From Octopus sinensis (Eukaryota): a stretch of 64,000 bases of DNA. Location of the stretch: NCBI RefSeq assembly GCF_006345805.1, contig NC_043006.1:53692001-53756000 (forward strand). Reading direction: 5' to 3'. Positions 1 through 11,372 of this stretch are shown piece after piece; positions within the stretch are counted from its first letter, which is position 1, and the number at the start of each line of letters is the position of its first letter. Below the pieces are notes generated by a model, which was given only the letters and a program-made list of their open reading frames with translations, had not been told where the DNA came from and made no database searches. Made by a program: the position numbers and the translations under genes.

Positions 1-160
1 TTAACGGCAATTCACGTTCTCAGTTCAAATTCCGCTGAGGTCGACTTTGCCTTTCATCCTTTCGGATTCGATAAAATAAGTACAGTTGAACCCCGGAGTC
101 GATGCAATCGACTTACTCCTCCCTGAAACTGCTGGCCTTGTGCCAAAATTTGAAGCCAAT
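1..160 (+). mobile_element. tRNA-derived SINE family A, 5'-truncated, tail type 2
   Basis: B-box-like GTTCAAATTCC, central CTTTGCCTTTCATCCTTTCGG..TCGATAAAATAAGTAC module and CCTTGTGCCAAAATTTGAA tail, all shared with many copies in the window. Confidence 0.85.
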
Positions 161-477
161 ATTTTATTTCTGTGTTACTCCGTGACTAAATTTTGAAATA
201 TGGTATTTATAGCGGTATTAATTTTATTATTTTCAATTAACAAATATTTCCACCTAAATTTATTTGAAACAATGAATTGGCGAACGTACGGTTACATAAT
301 TTTACTACAAAGTCAGTTTCATCATATATTTTGTCAAAATTATGTATCCGCAATCCTAATCTTTTAAGAGTTGTTCGTTTACTGTACAAGTTGTCGACAT
401 GATATGGAGATATATTTGTCGATGTGACAATGCGTTACTTCAACAATATTTACAATTGTTTGTAGAAAAAAGTTAGC

Positions 478-1160
478 CATGCACATTAGAAGAAGGCTGA
501 TGGTGTCTTGGCATCACTCACCAAGTCCTTTGTGAGCCGCTCTCCGGCTATCTATCTGCGGTTTTATATAGCTATGGTGAGACCTCACCTGGAATTTGCA
601 TCACCGATCTGGAACCCCTATCTTGCCCAGGATATTAATCACCTGGAAGCCGTTCAGCAACGTGCAACCAAGAGAATACCCTCCATCAGGCATTTGCCAT
701 TTTCTGAACGCCCTACTTTCCTGGGCATGAATACATTGAACCTCCGACGTCTGGCAGCTGACTTGGCAGACACCCATAAAATTATTAACCCCATCTTACA
801 AACAATAACTCTGAGCACCTTTTCAAACTCCATCAGTCTAACACCCGTGGACATGTTTACAAAGTCAGAAAACAGCACAGCTCCCATGACTTTCAGAAAC
901 ATATTTTCACGCTATGAGTTGCTGAAGCATGGAACAAACTGCCGGCATCAGTTGTTAGTTGTTGGAGCACTGCATCCTTCATAACTTCCATGCTTCTTGA
1001 GATTCGCCAACACTACACCTGATTTTTTTCCCCTCCATACACACGCAAGCATGTATCTGACTCATACACTGTTCACTTTCCAGACATTTGTACATTACTG
1101 CATATGCTTTATATGCACTTTTGACAAGTTGTGGTGTACCTGAGCACTATATACAATAAT
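478..1160 (+). mobile_element. CR1/L2-type LINE 3' fragment (RT C-terminal region plus 3' UTR)
   Basis: ORF 508-984 reads YIAMVRPHLEFASPIWNPY...LEAVQQRATKRIP...LRRLAADL, the typical post-RT region of CR1/L2/Jockey-group LINEs; frameshifted toward the 3' end. Confidence 0.85.
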
Positions 1161-1350
1161 TGCGTAGCCGTATTTCGTCTGCCGTTACGTTCTGAGTTCA
1201 AATTCCGCCCAGGTCCACTTTGCCTTTCATCCTTTCGGGGTCGATAATTTAAGTACCAGTTACGCACTGGGGTCGATGTAATCGATTTAATCAGTTTGTC
1301 TGTCCTTTTTTGCCCCCTCTATGTTTAGCCCATTGTGGGTAATAAAGAAA
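1161..1350 (+). mobile_element. SINE family A, 5'-truncated, tail type 1
   Basis: Matches the body and TTAATC..TTTGTCTGTCC..GTAATAAAGAAA tail of full copies such as 60387-60600. Confidence 0.9.
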
Positions 1351-1700
1351 CGGGTATATACAATAATTTTATTATTATTATGCAGTGAACATAACACTGG
1401 TTAGTGAAGTGAATTAAATAGCAAAGACTAACTGCTACCTATATACACCTATTATTCTCAAAAAATCATAGAAGCAGTCATTATTCCGAAACATAAGATT
1501 GTGTGAAAAATGACCTTAAGGGGGTTTCTTATTACAAAAGTAGCACTGGGTGGTACTCTTCGCTGTTGGTAGCAGGAATTTTGCTGTTATCGATTTCCTT
1601 ATTAATTATTAATTATCATCATCTTCATCACCACTACTACTATCATCATCATCATCATCATCATCATCATTATCATCATCGTTGTTGGTGTTATTATTAA

Positions 1701-1913
1701 GGCGGCGAGCTGACAGAATCGTTAGTACGCTGAGCAAAATGCTAAGCGACATTTCATCTGTCTGCTTGTTCTGAGTTCAAATTCCTAAAGAGGTCGATTT
1801 TGCCTTTCATCCTTTTTGGGTCGATAAATTAAGTACCAGTGAAACACTGGGGCTGACGTACTCGGCTAGTCCCTTCCCCCAAAATTTCAGGCCTTGTGCT
1901 TTTAGTAGAAAGG
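1701..1913 (+). mobile_element. SINE family A, full head, tail type 3, followed by (TTA)n
   Basis: GGCGGCGAGCTGACAGAA head, B-box GAGTTCAAATTCC, tail CCTTGTGC..AGTAGAAAGG. Confidence 0.9.
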
Positions 1914-1981
<68 letters not shown>

Positions 1982-1984
1982 CAT

Positions 1985-3140
1985 CATTGCCTTTGCACAG
2001 ATTCTAACGCTGGAGATGTACTACAGTGTCAGCTGTTTACTACTAGTGAACTAAGGTAACACCTCTTATTTTTCGAGCACCTTCCGGAGTATTCGAGCGG
2101 TTCCAAGCAGGGCTGTTTTCTGCAAGGGCTCCGCCCTTATTGCAGCCCCTATTTGTTCCACGTACTTCTCGAGATTTTTGCTCACTGTTTCCTAGGCTCT
2201 GACAATTATTGGTACTACTGCTACCTTTTTCATCGACCACAACTACTTAACTTCCCAAACTAACCTGTCATATCTCTCGATTTTCTCTCTTCCTTTTCGC
2301 ATACCTTGTTGTCAGCTGGGCATGCTATATCTATGATCCAGCATAGTTTGTTTTCTTTCTCAATTAAGACTGTCTGGCTTCTTATTCTCTATCTTATGGT
2401 CGCACTGAATCATAAAATCCCATAGGATCTTTGCATTTCTATTTTCGACGATGCCTTCAGGTTTCTGGTCGTACCAATTTTTTGTTCTGTCAAGTCCATA
2501 CTTGTTGCAAAGTGTCCAATGGACAAGCCTGGCTATATTGTCGTGGCGTCTCTTATATACCTTCTGGGCTAGTGGCGTACATTGGCTGGTAATATGCTAT
2601 ACGGTTTCACCGTTTTGTCCACAGATTCTGCACTTGTCACTTTCTGCTGTGTTGTCTATTCTATAATTTATGTAGTTTGTTCTTAGTGCTTGCACAGATT
2701 AGAGCCCCCGCTTCCGGTTTAAAATCACTTTGAGTCATCCACAGCCATAGTTTTTCTGTCTGTCTTTTTATATACCATGCTATGTTGTTTTCTCCTGCTC
2801 TAATGTTGTCTTTGCATCCAATAAGTCCTCTTCCCCCTCTTTTCCTTGGTAAATACAGTCTGTCTGTGTCACTTTTTGGGTGGAGTAACCCATATCTAGT
2901 CAGAACTTCCTTGTCTTTCTGTCTAATCTGTTTAGTTCGTCTACTGTCCATGCGATTACACTTACAATCTAAGGAGTGAAACCGCCCAGGTGTTGATAGC
3001 TTCGATCTTATTCCGTCCTTTTAATTTCGACTTAAGGATCAGTCTCAGTCTGCGCAAGTGCTCCACCTTAAATTTTTCTGCCATTTCTTTCTCCATCAAT
3101 TTATCCATTTCCAAAACCCCCAAGTACTTAGCCTGTCTTT
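1985..3140 (-). mobile_element. R4/Dong-clade non-LTR retrotransposon, 5'-truncated and degenerate
   Basis: Minus-strand peptides KYLGVLEMD, LHPKSDTDRLYLPRKRGGRGLI, ALICA.QEQALRTN, a CCHC-like KCRICG..HI...C motif and an RLE-like region; 3' end runs into (TAA)n. Confidence 0.9.
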
Positions 3141-3164
3141 TCTATCTGTTTCATAACCTCATTA

Positions 3165-3421
3165 TTATCATTGTTGTTGTTGTTATTCAGTCGTCTTATT
3201 TTTATCACATGCTTTCACTTCACTACCGAGCGCAGCTTTGTGTGCCTTGGGTATGTGCTGTGGTTTGTTGTGATGCTCTTATTGTTACTGTATTGAAAGT
3301 GTTTCACGTAGGATGTGTGCGGTGCCTAGTAGTGCTATTTTCTGTATGTTATATTTATTTTTTAGTCCTAGTGTTTTTGTTATGTATTTGTCTGAGTATT
3401 TTTTATCAAACCTAATGCGCT
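3165..3421 (-). mobile_element. Second R4/Dong 3'-end fragment (different subfamily)
   Basis: Minus strand reads ALGLIKKYSDKYITKTLGLKNKYNIQKIALLGTAHILRETLSIQ*, the R4/Dong C-terminus, followed by a short UTR and an (AAC)n/(TAA)n tail. Confidence 0.8.
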
Positions 3422-3442
3422 TATTATGATAGGAATTGTTTC

Positions 3443-3526
<84 letters not shown>

Positions 3527-3904
3527 TCAATTTACATTACAGCTATATCATATCGATAACATAGGTTCTCGTTCGAACGCTAAGATTAAGCTACGTCAAA
3601 TCCTTCTAGTTCTGAGATGTGTGACTTTTTGAGAAACCTAAGTGTCGGATTCACCGTTTCATACTTGAACAATGGATTTAATCTATTGTTCAGGTTGAAA
3701 TAACCACCAGGTTCTTGATTGCCTTTAGTGGGGTCGAACCCTGTTGCAAGCATTTGCGCTAGGTTTCTGGTTTGAAGACACATCCTTTACTTTCCATTAA
3801 ATATTTCACAAGCTCCGGAAAAGTAAAGGGACATGGGTGTTGTCTTTCTCTCTCTAATTACACGGTAAAAAATGTCTGTGTGCGCGCGCGTATACATGAA
3901 TTAA

Positions 3905-4662
3905 AAGTTTTAACGTTCTAGCTCACTTCTGCTTGGAAGGACTGCATGTAGCGTGTGATCGTCTCATTGACCATGACAGAGAAAGTTGAGCAGAATATCT
4001 GCATCAAATTTTGCAAAAAGTTTGGTAATACCTACTCAGAGGCCTACGCAAAGTTTTCAAAATGTTTTCATCGTTCTCGACACAATCAAAGAGATCTTGT
4101 GCAACTGAAACCCGAGTGTCTTTTTGGTCAGCTGAAAGCAGTTTTGGTACAAACTTGGCAGACATGCGTCTCATACCCAAATCTTCAGTGAAAATGGACT
4201 GAATTGAACCGTAACTAATTTACACATCCTCTGGTAACTCACGGATGGTGATTCGACCATTTCCCCTCACAGCTGCACGCACATCTGCGATGTTTTTCTC
4301 AGTTCTGCTGGTTGCAAGTCTCATCGAACGTTCATCAATATCGACATTTTTCCGACCATCTTGGAAACGTCTGAACCACTTGTACACTAGTGTACTGCTC
4401 ATACGCTCCCCTCTATACACTTTCTGCAACTTTGCATAGGCCTCTGAGCAGGTATCGCCATGACAACTTTCTCTTTCGTGATCAATGCGACGATCACACG
4501 CTACACACCTTCCTTCCAAGCAGAAGTGAGCTAGAACGTTAAAACTTAGTGCGCATGCACAGCAGGAGTTCAAGGTCAATCTTTGCCAAGCGGCTTCATT
4601 GTGCGTGCTTTAGCTTCGTTACTATGACAACAGTCCGGATACTTATTGATCAGACCTTGATA
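3905..4662 (-). mobile_element. Non-autonomous mariner derivative with an inverted duplication of its 5' part (copy 1)
   Basis: Mariner TIR at 4633-4662; minus-strand N-terminal transposase (EAYAKLQKVY..VYKWFRRFQDGR..RRVSAKFVPKLL..DENILK); arms 3905-4055 and 4428-4547 are inverted repeats. Confidence 0.85.
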
Positions 4663-5587
4663 TATATGTATGCACACTCACACACACACGTAAATGTATG
4701 TATATGTATATATACGTATACGTATATACGTACATGTCTACGCTTGTGCACAGACAAAGAAAGATTGAACGAGTGAAAATGATGTATTTGCTTTACCAGT
4801 CTTTCTAACTGTGCAGACACACACACGCGCACCTGCATGCACACATATCTACACCTCTGATAATGTTGAATAATTTGTTTGTAGTACAAGTTCTGAGCTA
4901 AAGGCTATAATAAGAGGTAACTCGTTATCCATGTTTCACCGACTGTAACCCACCGACTGGCTGTAATTATTCACAAACAACGAATTAATGACACTTCAAT
5001 AGAGCTTCTACTTCTTCACACCTATAATGAACTTGATTAGAACTATTGTTTTCAACCGACCAACACGGTACCTCATTCAATGATCATACACTGAATTTTG
5101 GCTATAAAAGCGAACGATTGTGTTCCGTGACCCCACGCAGTTTAACACTTTTGTCTAAGATTATCTTTCTTCTGTCCCCTTTTTTAGCAATTTAGAATCT
5201 GTTTGGGGCCAGTGTTTGGCCCTAATTTCATGGTGTAAAATGGTTGAAAGGTCAGTTTTCTTCTTCTTCCCCATGGTTAAAATGTCAGTTTATCACAAGA
5301 AAGAATTTCCAGATGATGTAGCAACTATTTCCTACAGTTGCATTGAATCAATGAAGTGTTCCACACAGAAGCACAACAAAAAGGTCGCAGAAGTCTGAAT
5401 TCGAACTTAAGACTCATGAACGTATAATCTATTTTGACCGTATTGTTTTTTATGTTCTTTATAAATTTTTCATTGGATAGAAGGCCAGTCTATCGCATGT
5501 AATATTCTCGGGTGACCTGACACCTCTTCCTGAAAGTTAAGTGAACCGAGACAATTGTGCAAAGTTGATCCATCACAGTTAATATTA

Positions 5588-6009
5588 GTTTCAAATTTTG
5601 GCACGAGGTCAGTAATTTCGGTGGAGGGGGAAAGTCGATTACATCGGCCCCAGTATTCAGTTGGTACACATTTCATCGACCCCGAAAGATAAACGGTAAA
5701 GTTGACCTCGGCGGAATTTGAACACAGAAAGACGGACGAAATGCTTATTAAGCATTTTTCCCGGCGTGCAAACAATTCTATTTCTTTACTACCCACATGG
5801 GGCTAAACACAGAGAGGACAAACAAGGACAGACAAAGGGATTAAGTCGATTACATCGACCCCAATGCATAACTGGTACTTATTTAATCGACCCCGAAAGG
5901 ATGAAAGGCAAAGTCGACCTCGGCGGAATTTGAACTCAGAACGTAACTGCAGACGGAATACCGGTAAGCACTTCACCCGGCGTGCAAACAATTCTACCAT
6001 CTCGCCGCT
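5588..6009 (-). mobile_element. SINE family A dimer (head+body+tail 1, then partial head+body+tail 2)
   Basis: Two consecutive body modules on the minus strand, with the head at 5960-6009. Confidence 0.9.
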
Positions 6010-6621
6010 TTCATCAGTTAATATAACCAGATGATCTGGTGCCTATCTCTGATGGCTAGGTAAAAGGAGATAATGTAGAATGTTGGTTTGTCTTTGGCAC
6101 CATTGACTTAGGACGTATTACTGTCAGCTAGGCGTACTTAAACAATTAAGATGTCGATTTATCACAGGCAACATTAATAGAGGATCTAGTACTTATTACT
6201 GACAGCGAGACGTACTGAGACAAGGTAGAATGTTGCTTTATAGGCAACAATTTCGGATGATTTAGTACGTATTACTGAGGTAATCTAGAATGTTTTCTTC
6301 ACTCGACTTCCTAGAACAAATTTGAACTTAAAACCTACGAGTAGACAGACTTGTACTTTATCTATCCAGCCATATTAACATTACGCCAATTACAGCCCCT
6401 CGCCAGTTTTCAGACATTCTGTCGTCATATAATGATTAAGGAACAGACAGTTTGTCATGCAATATTTTGCTGTATCATTGTTCTTTAACACTCGTTCAAT
6501 TCTGATTAAGCATACCTCAGATTAGATATGTTCCAACTCAAGACCCCTTATCTTATTTTCATATACAGCCTATTTAAAATAATATTAACTAATGTCGTTA
6601 ATATGGAAGGAATATAGTAAA

Positions 6622-6830
6622 GCGGCGATCTGGCAGAATCGTTAGCACTCCGGGCAAAACACATAGCGACACTTTGTCCATCATCTAAGTTTAAATTCCA
6701 CCGGGGTGACCCTTGCTTTTTATCCATTCGGGGTCGATAAAATAAGTACCAGTTGAGCATTGAAGCCGATGTAATCGACTTACTCCCTTCCCGTGAAACT
6801 GCTGACTTTGTGTCAAAATTTGAAACCAGT
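6622..6830 (+). mobile_element. SINE family A monomer, tail type 2
   Basis: GCGGCGATCTGGCAGAATCG head and AAAATTTGAAACC tail. Confidence 0.85.
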
Positions 6831-7352
6831 ATGGTAGGGTACGATTTGAGGTAGATTTGGTTGCTATTTCTTGAAGATCGAGCGACCACATAGAGGCTCC
6901 ATCACGGAATTGGTTGATTGTGAGTTAGGAAGCTATTGCTGAGCAACAGAGACTGCTGTAGTAGTGGTAGAAGAAACATAATTTCTTTGAGTCAGTGGAT
7001 TTAAAATGTTGGCAGGTGAGCCTTTACATTTCCAAACCCATGAGAGGATTTGAACTCAGAAGAGCGAGTTAATTCGAAAATTCATTAGGCATGACAGTGT
7101 TAAGAATAATGAGTTGACAAAAATAGTGAAATCGCGAAATTAAATGTATTACAAAATTTATATTTATATGTCTACGTTCTGATTTCGAATCTGTGTATAG
7201 TGGATCTTGCAGGCATGAAGTGGATTCGATCTAGATAACCAAATTTAAATTAACTCTTCAGCAGCACTTTTCTCACGGTAAAACAATAATTTTTCTGTGA
7301 CAGCAGTTTACATTTTCTAGATGCCTTAGCTAAGTAAAATAATGTCTTCGCC

Positions 7353-7563
7353 ACTTGATCCTTCTAACTTCTACTTCAACAAAAGCTAGAATTAAGATAT
7401 CATAGACCTCCAACGAAATCCATTGTTCTCAACGATATGTCTATCCTTCTGGATAACTATCCAGAAGGATAAACATAACGTTGAGAACAATGGAGTTCGT
7501 TGGAGGTCTGTGATATCTTAATTCTAGCATTTGTTGAAGTAGAAGAGGTTAGAAGGGTCAAGT
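7353..7563. repeat. About 210-bp near-perfect palindrome (fold-back)
   Basis: Arms 7353-7455 and 7458-7563 are reverse complements with about 6 substitutions plus a small indel; spacer is 2 nt. Confidence 0.95.
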
Positions 7564-7767
7564 CAAATCACTAAAATAAATATTAGTCATGTACTGAGAT
7601 TAATTCAACCGATAATACCCGCCCTCTGTTGTTTGTGTGGTACGCTGTCATTGTGAGGAAGCAGTTTAATATAAATTTATGTTCTCTAAAACTAAACTTT
7701 GCGTTCTGTAATTTCGAAGTCGATAAAATGTGTACCTGTAATATATTGAAACTGATAGATACTGTAT

Positions 7768-8300
7768 GACCACACACAACCAAATATGTCTACACTTTCA
7801 TAGTGTACATCTACAAAACAGAATATGTCCAGACTTTTATATTGTGCATCATACAACCAAATATTACCTCACTGCAATACAGGACATCCACACAACGAAA
7901 TATATCTTGATTGCAACGCTGTGTATCCATACAACGAAACACGTTCAAAACTTTACCACACTACACCCACACAACAAATTACACTCAGACTGCTATTCTG
8001 TATATTTATTATACAAGGAAATATGTCCAGATTGCACCATTGTACATCCATACAACAAACAATGTCAAGGCTACAACACTGTGCATTCAAGAAAAGAAAT
8101 ATATCCAGACTGCAACACTGCACATCCATACAACCAAATATGTTCACACCACCATATTGTACAAGCCATACAATTAATTATGTCTAGTCTGTTACACTGC
8201 ACATCCACATAATTAAATATATTTAGACTACCACACTGTACATCCACACAATCAAATCTGCCCAGACTACAATGAGGTACAACCATATAACTCAAGCACT
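7768..8300. repeat. Degenerate 39-bp minisatellite, about 13-14 units
   Basis: Approximate consensus CATCCATACAACCAAATATGTCCAGACTGCAACACTGCA; accounts for the overlapping ORFs with 13-aa periodicity. Confidence 0.85.
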
Positions 8301-8519
8301 GATTGTGTATCTCAGATTAGACGGTAAAATGGCGTATCACAAGTGTTGAATTTCTGAGCCATTTCCAAAAGTAACTGGACTTACTTAACAACAGTGACAA
8401 TAGGTTCAATTGTCCCAGAAGCAATTAAAAAGCTCTTCCATTCTAGACTGTTGTGACATATTTTGCCTGTTGCCCGGTTTGTCAGCTTCAATCGATTTTT
8501 TGTTGTTATTAGCTGTGTC

Positions 8520-9293
8520 CACAGCTTAACGTTCTCACTTCTTCCCTCTGGACTCAGAGACCTAAAAGTGTTTACAGCAGTGCTTTGAAGAGACGTGTGT
8601 AGCGTGTGATCATTGCATTGACCATGACAAAGTTAAGAAGAGAATCTGCATCACGTTTTGCCGAAAGCTTGGCGATACCTGTTCAGAGGCTTTCACAATG
8701 TTTTCAAAACGTTTTCATCGCTCTCGTCACAATCAAGGAGATTTTGAGCGAGCGAAACCCGAGTGTCTTTTTGGTCAGCTGAAAGCAGTTTTGGAACAAA
8801 CTTGGCAGACACGCGTCTCATACCCAAATCTTCAATGATAATGGACTGAACTGAACCGTAACTAATCTACACATCCTCTGATAACTCACGGATGGTATTC
8901 GACGATTTCCCCTCACAGCTGCACACATGTCTGCGATGTTTTTCTCAGTTCTACTGGTTGCGGGTCTCTATCGACATTTTTCGGCCATCTTGGAAACGTC
9001 TGAACCATTAGTACATTTGTGTGTTGTTCATACGCTCCCCTCTATACACTTTCTGCAACTTTACCTAGGCCTCTGAGCAGGTATCGCCAAGACAACTTTC
9101 TCTGTCACGATCACATGCTATACACCTTCCTTCCAAGCACTGCTGTAAACAACAGAAGTAACCTGAAATGTTAAAACTTAGTGCACATGCACAGCAGGAG
9201 TTCAAGGTCAATCTTTGCTGAGCGGCTTCACTCTGCGTGCTTTAAGCTTCGTTACTATGGCAACAGTCCTGATACTTATTGATCAGACTTCGT
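8520..9293 (-). mobile_element. Non-autonomous mariner derivative with inverted 5' duplication (copy 2)
   Basis: Colinear with 3905-4662, including the same inversion junction GTTTTCAAAA.GTTTTCATCG.TCTCG; TIR at about 9265-9293. Confidence 0.85.
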
Positions 9294-9560
9294 GTATGAA
9301 TCTACAACAAACGACATATCCACCACGGCCTTAGAATAACACTCACGCAAATATTAAAAGACAGGCGGAAACAAGCAAAATGCCCCTTGTATTTGAAAAC
9401 TATGCAAATATTCTTTTAAAATAATTTCCATTTAATTTTTCCAAAATTTAATTGTTTTCCATACTTACAGTTGAAAAAATTCAATGACTGAAACCGGTAC
9501 TGAAATGTTTTTTATAAAATTATTTTAGCATTTTCTACCTTGACTTTTTTTTAAAATTTA

Positions 9561-9952
9561 GGCGCAGGAGTGGTTGTGTGGTAAGTAGCTTGCTAACCAA
9601 CCACATGGTTCCGGGTTCAGTCCCACTGCGTGGCACCTTGGGCAAGTGTCTTCTGCTATAGCCTCGGGCCGACCAATGCCTTGTGAGTGGATTTGGTAGA
9701 CGGAAACTGAAAGAAGCCTGTCGTATATATGTATATATATATATGTGTGTGTGTGTGTTTGTGTATGTCCCCCTAGCATTGCTTGACAACCGATGCTGGT
9801 GTGTTTACGTCAACGTCACTTAGCGGTTCGGCAAAAAGAGACCGATAGAATAAGTACTGGGCTTACAAAGAATAAGTCCCGGGGTCGATTTGCTCGACTA
9901 AAAGGCGGTGCTCCAGCATGGCCGCAGTCAAATGACTGAAACAAGTAAAAAA
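9561..9952 (+). mobile_element. tRNA-derived CORE-type SINE family B (OR2-like), full length
   Basis: A-box-like TGGTTGTGTGG, B-box-like GGTTCAGTCCC, CORE-like CCTTGGGCAAGTGTCTTC, internal (TA)/(TG) microsatellite, tail CAAATGACTGAAACAAGTAAAA. Confidence 0.9.
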
Positions 9953-10024
9953 AAAATATATATATATATATATATAAACACGAGGCATGTTCTTTATCGC
10001 CTTGTGTCTAAACGTTAGCCTTGG

Positions 10025-10115
10025 TTTCCTGCTGAAGATGGCAACGCCAATTGTAAATTAAAATTATTTTATTTTATTTGCAAAAGATTGCCGAAACTAT
10101 GCATAGTCCAGGAAA
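10025..10115 (+). ncRNA. Type I hammerhead ribozyme (Penelope pseudo-LTR type), apparently intact
   Basis: Helix I TTTCCTG(10025-31)/CAGGAAA(10109-15); core CTGAAGA(10032-38) plus one extra T; stem II GGCAA/TTGCC; GAAA(10093-96); palindromic ACTATGCATAGT; GUC cleavage triplet ending at 10108. Confidence 0.85.
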
Positions 10116-10253
10116 GATAGGGTAAATGTTTTTATTTTTCATTTCCTTTCAGAATTACAACTATTAGTGGTTTGTAGTTTAACTGCTCTTTCTAGTAAGT
10201 CAGATGTCCTATTATGGTAATTTTTTATATGTTTAAATGTACACTGTATTTTT

Positions 10254-10323
<70 letters not shown>

Positions 10324-11043
10324 TGGGTTAATATTGAAGGAGACGAGATGGTATCTATGTCTACTCACAGCTGCATAAACTTTTAAATCAATTGGCGTAA
10401 GTATAATACATGTTATCAAGTTATACTCGCTCTTGAGTGATGTCTAACTGAACATTACTTTAGCATAGCCAATATAATTTCGTAGTTACAAAACGATAAC
10501 ACTAGCTCTATGACTAATATAATTTTAATCATTTCACCAAGGGAGAAAACTCTGGACATGTTCTGTTTTTATCAGACCTCTTCGTCAACGCTTAGTAAAG
10601 AAGTAATGAAACAATCAAAGTAGACGTACAATATTGCACATGGGTAAGTACAAACTATTAGAATATATAAAAAATATATAACACTGAAATTAATTACTTA
10701 GTAAAAACCCATGGTTAAGTTAGTGTCAATATTCAATGCAGTAAGCATTAAAACATCTAATTAGAAATATCGATGAAGTGAGGAAAAGACATTAAAATAA
10801 TAACTAAAATTATTCGAATCATTTCGGCAAATAACGGGAGGCAGCTTAGCCTAGCCTGTACTGGGTTTTATCAACCCTATTCAGAGAAGTAAAAATTTCA
10901 TCGTACTTACTCTCCGTCACACACTGAAATCAATAAATCAATAAATGATATAACAATGATTCATTTTAAGAAATAAAAACAATGTTTTATGAAGAGTAAC
11001 AAAGTTTATGTGGATTTACTGTTGACTGTATTATAGGAACATC

Positions 11044-11112
<69 letters not shown>

Positions 11113-11255
11113 CCAAAACAATCCATATATATTTTTACATATAATAGATGAATTAAACATTTTGCGAGCAAAGCCAACATGTACTTCACACGTATATATT
11201 TAATGCAGTTATATTTACAACGACATTTTTTTCCGTTTCAATAAAAACATAAATT

Positions 11256-11265
11256 TTTATTTATT
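11256..11265 (-). terminator. Two overlapping AATAAA polyadenylation signals for the TMEM229B-like gene
   Basis: Plus-strand TTTATT at 11256-61 and 11260-65, about 110 nt past the stop codon. Confidence 0.5.
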
Positions 11266-11372
11266 ATTTTGTTTTTTGTTGGTTTTTTTTTCATGAAATA
11301 AATATTCAGATAGCACATTTTTCTATAATTCTATAATTACAAAATTTCTCTCTGTATTCTATAGTTTGAAAA

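Noticed and set aside
3586-3783. 65-aa minus-strand ORF next to the Dong cluster
   Set aside because: No recognisable motif or splice signals; left unassigned
10540-10592. Minus-strand hammerhead-like TTGACGA..GAACATGTC
   Set aside because: Core mutated, GAAA incomplete, no helix I
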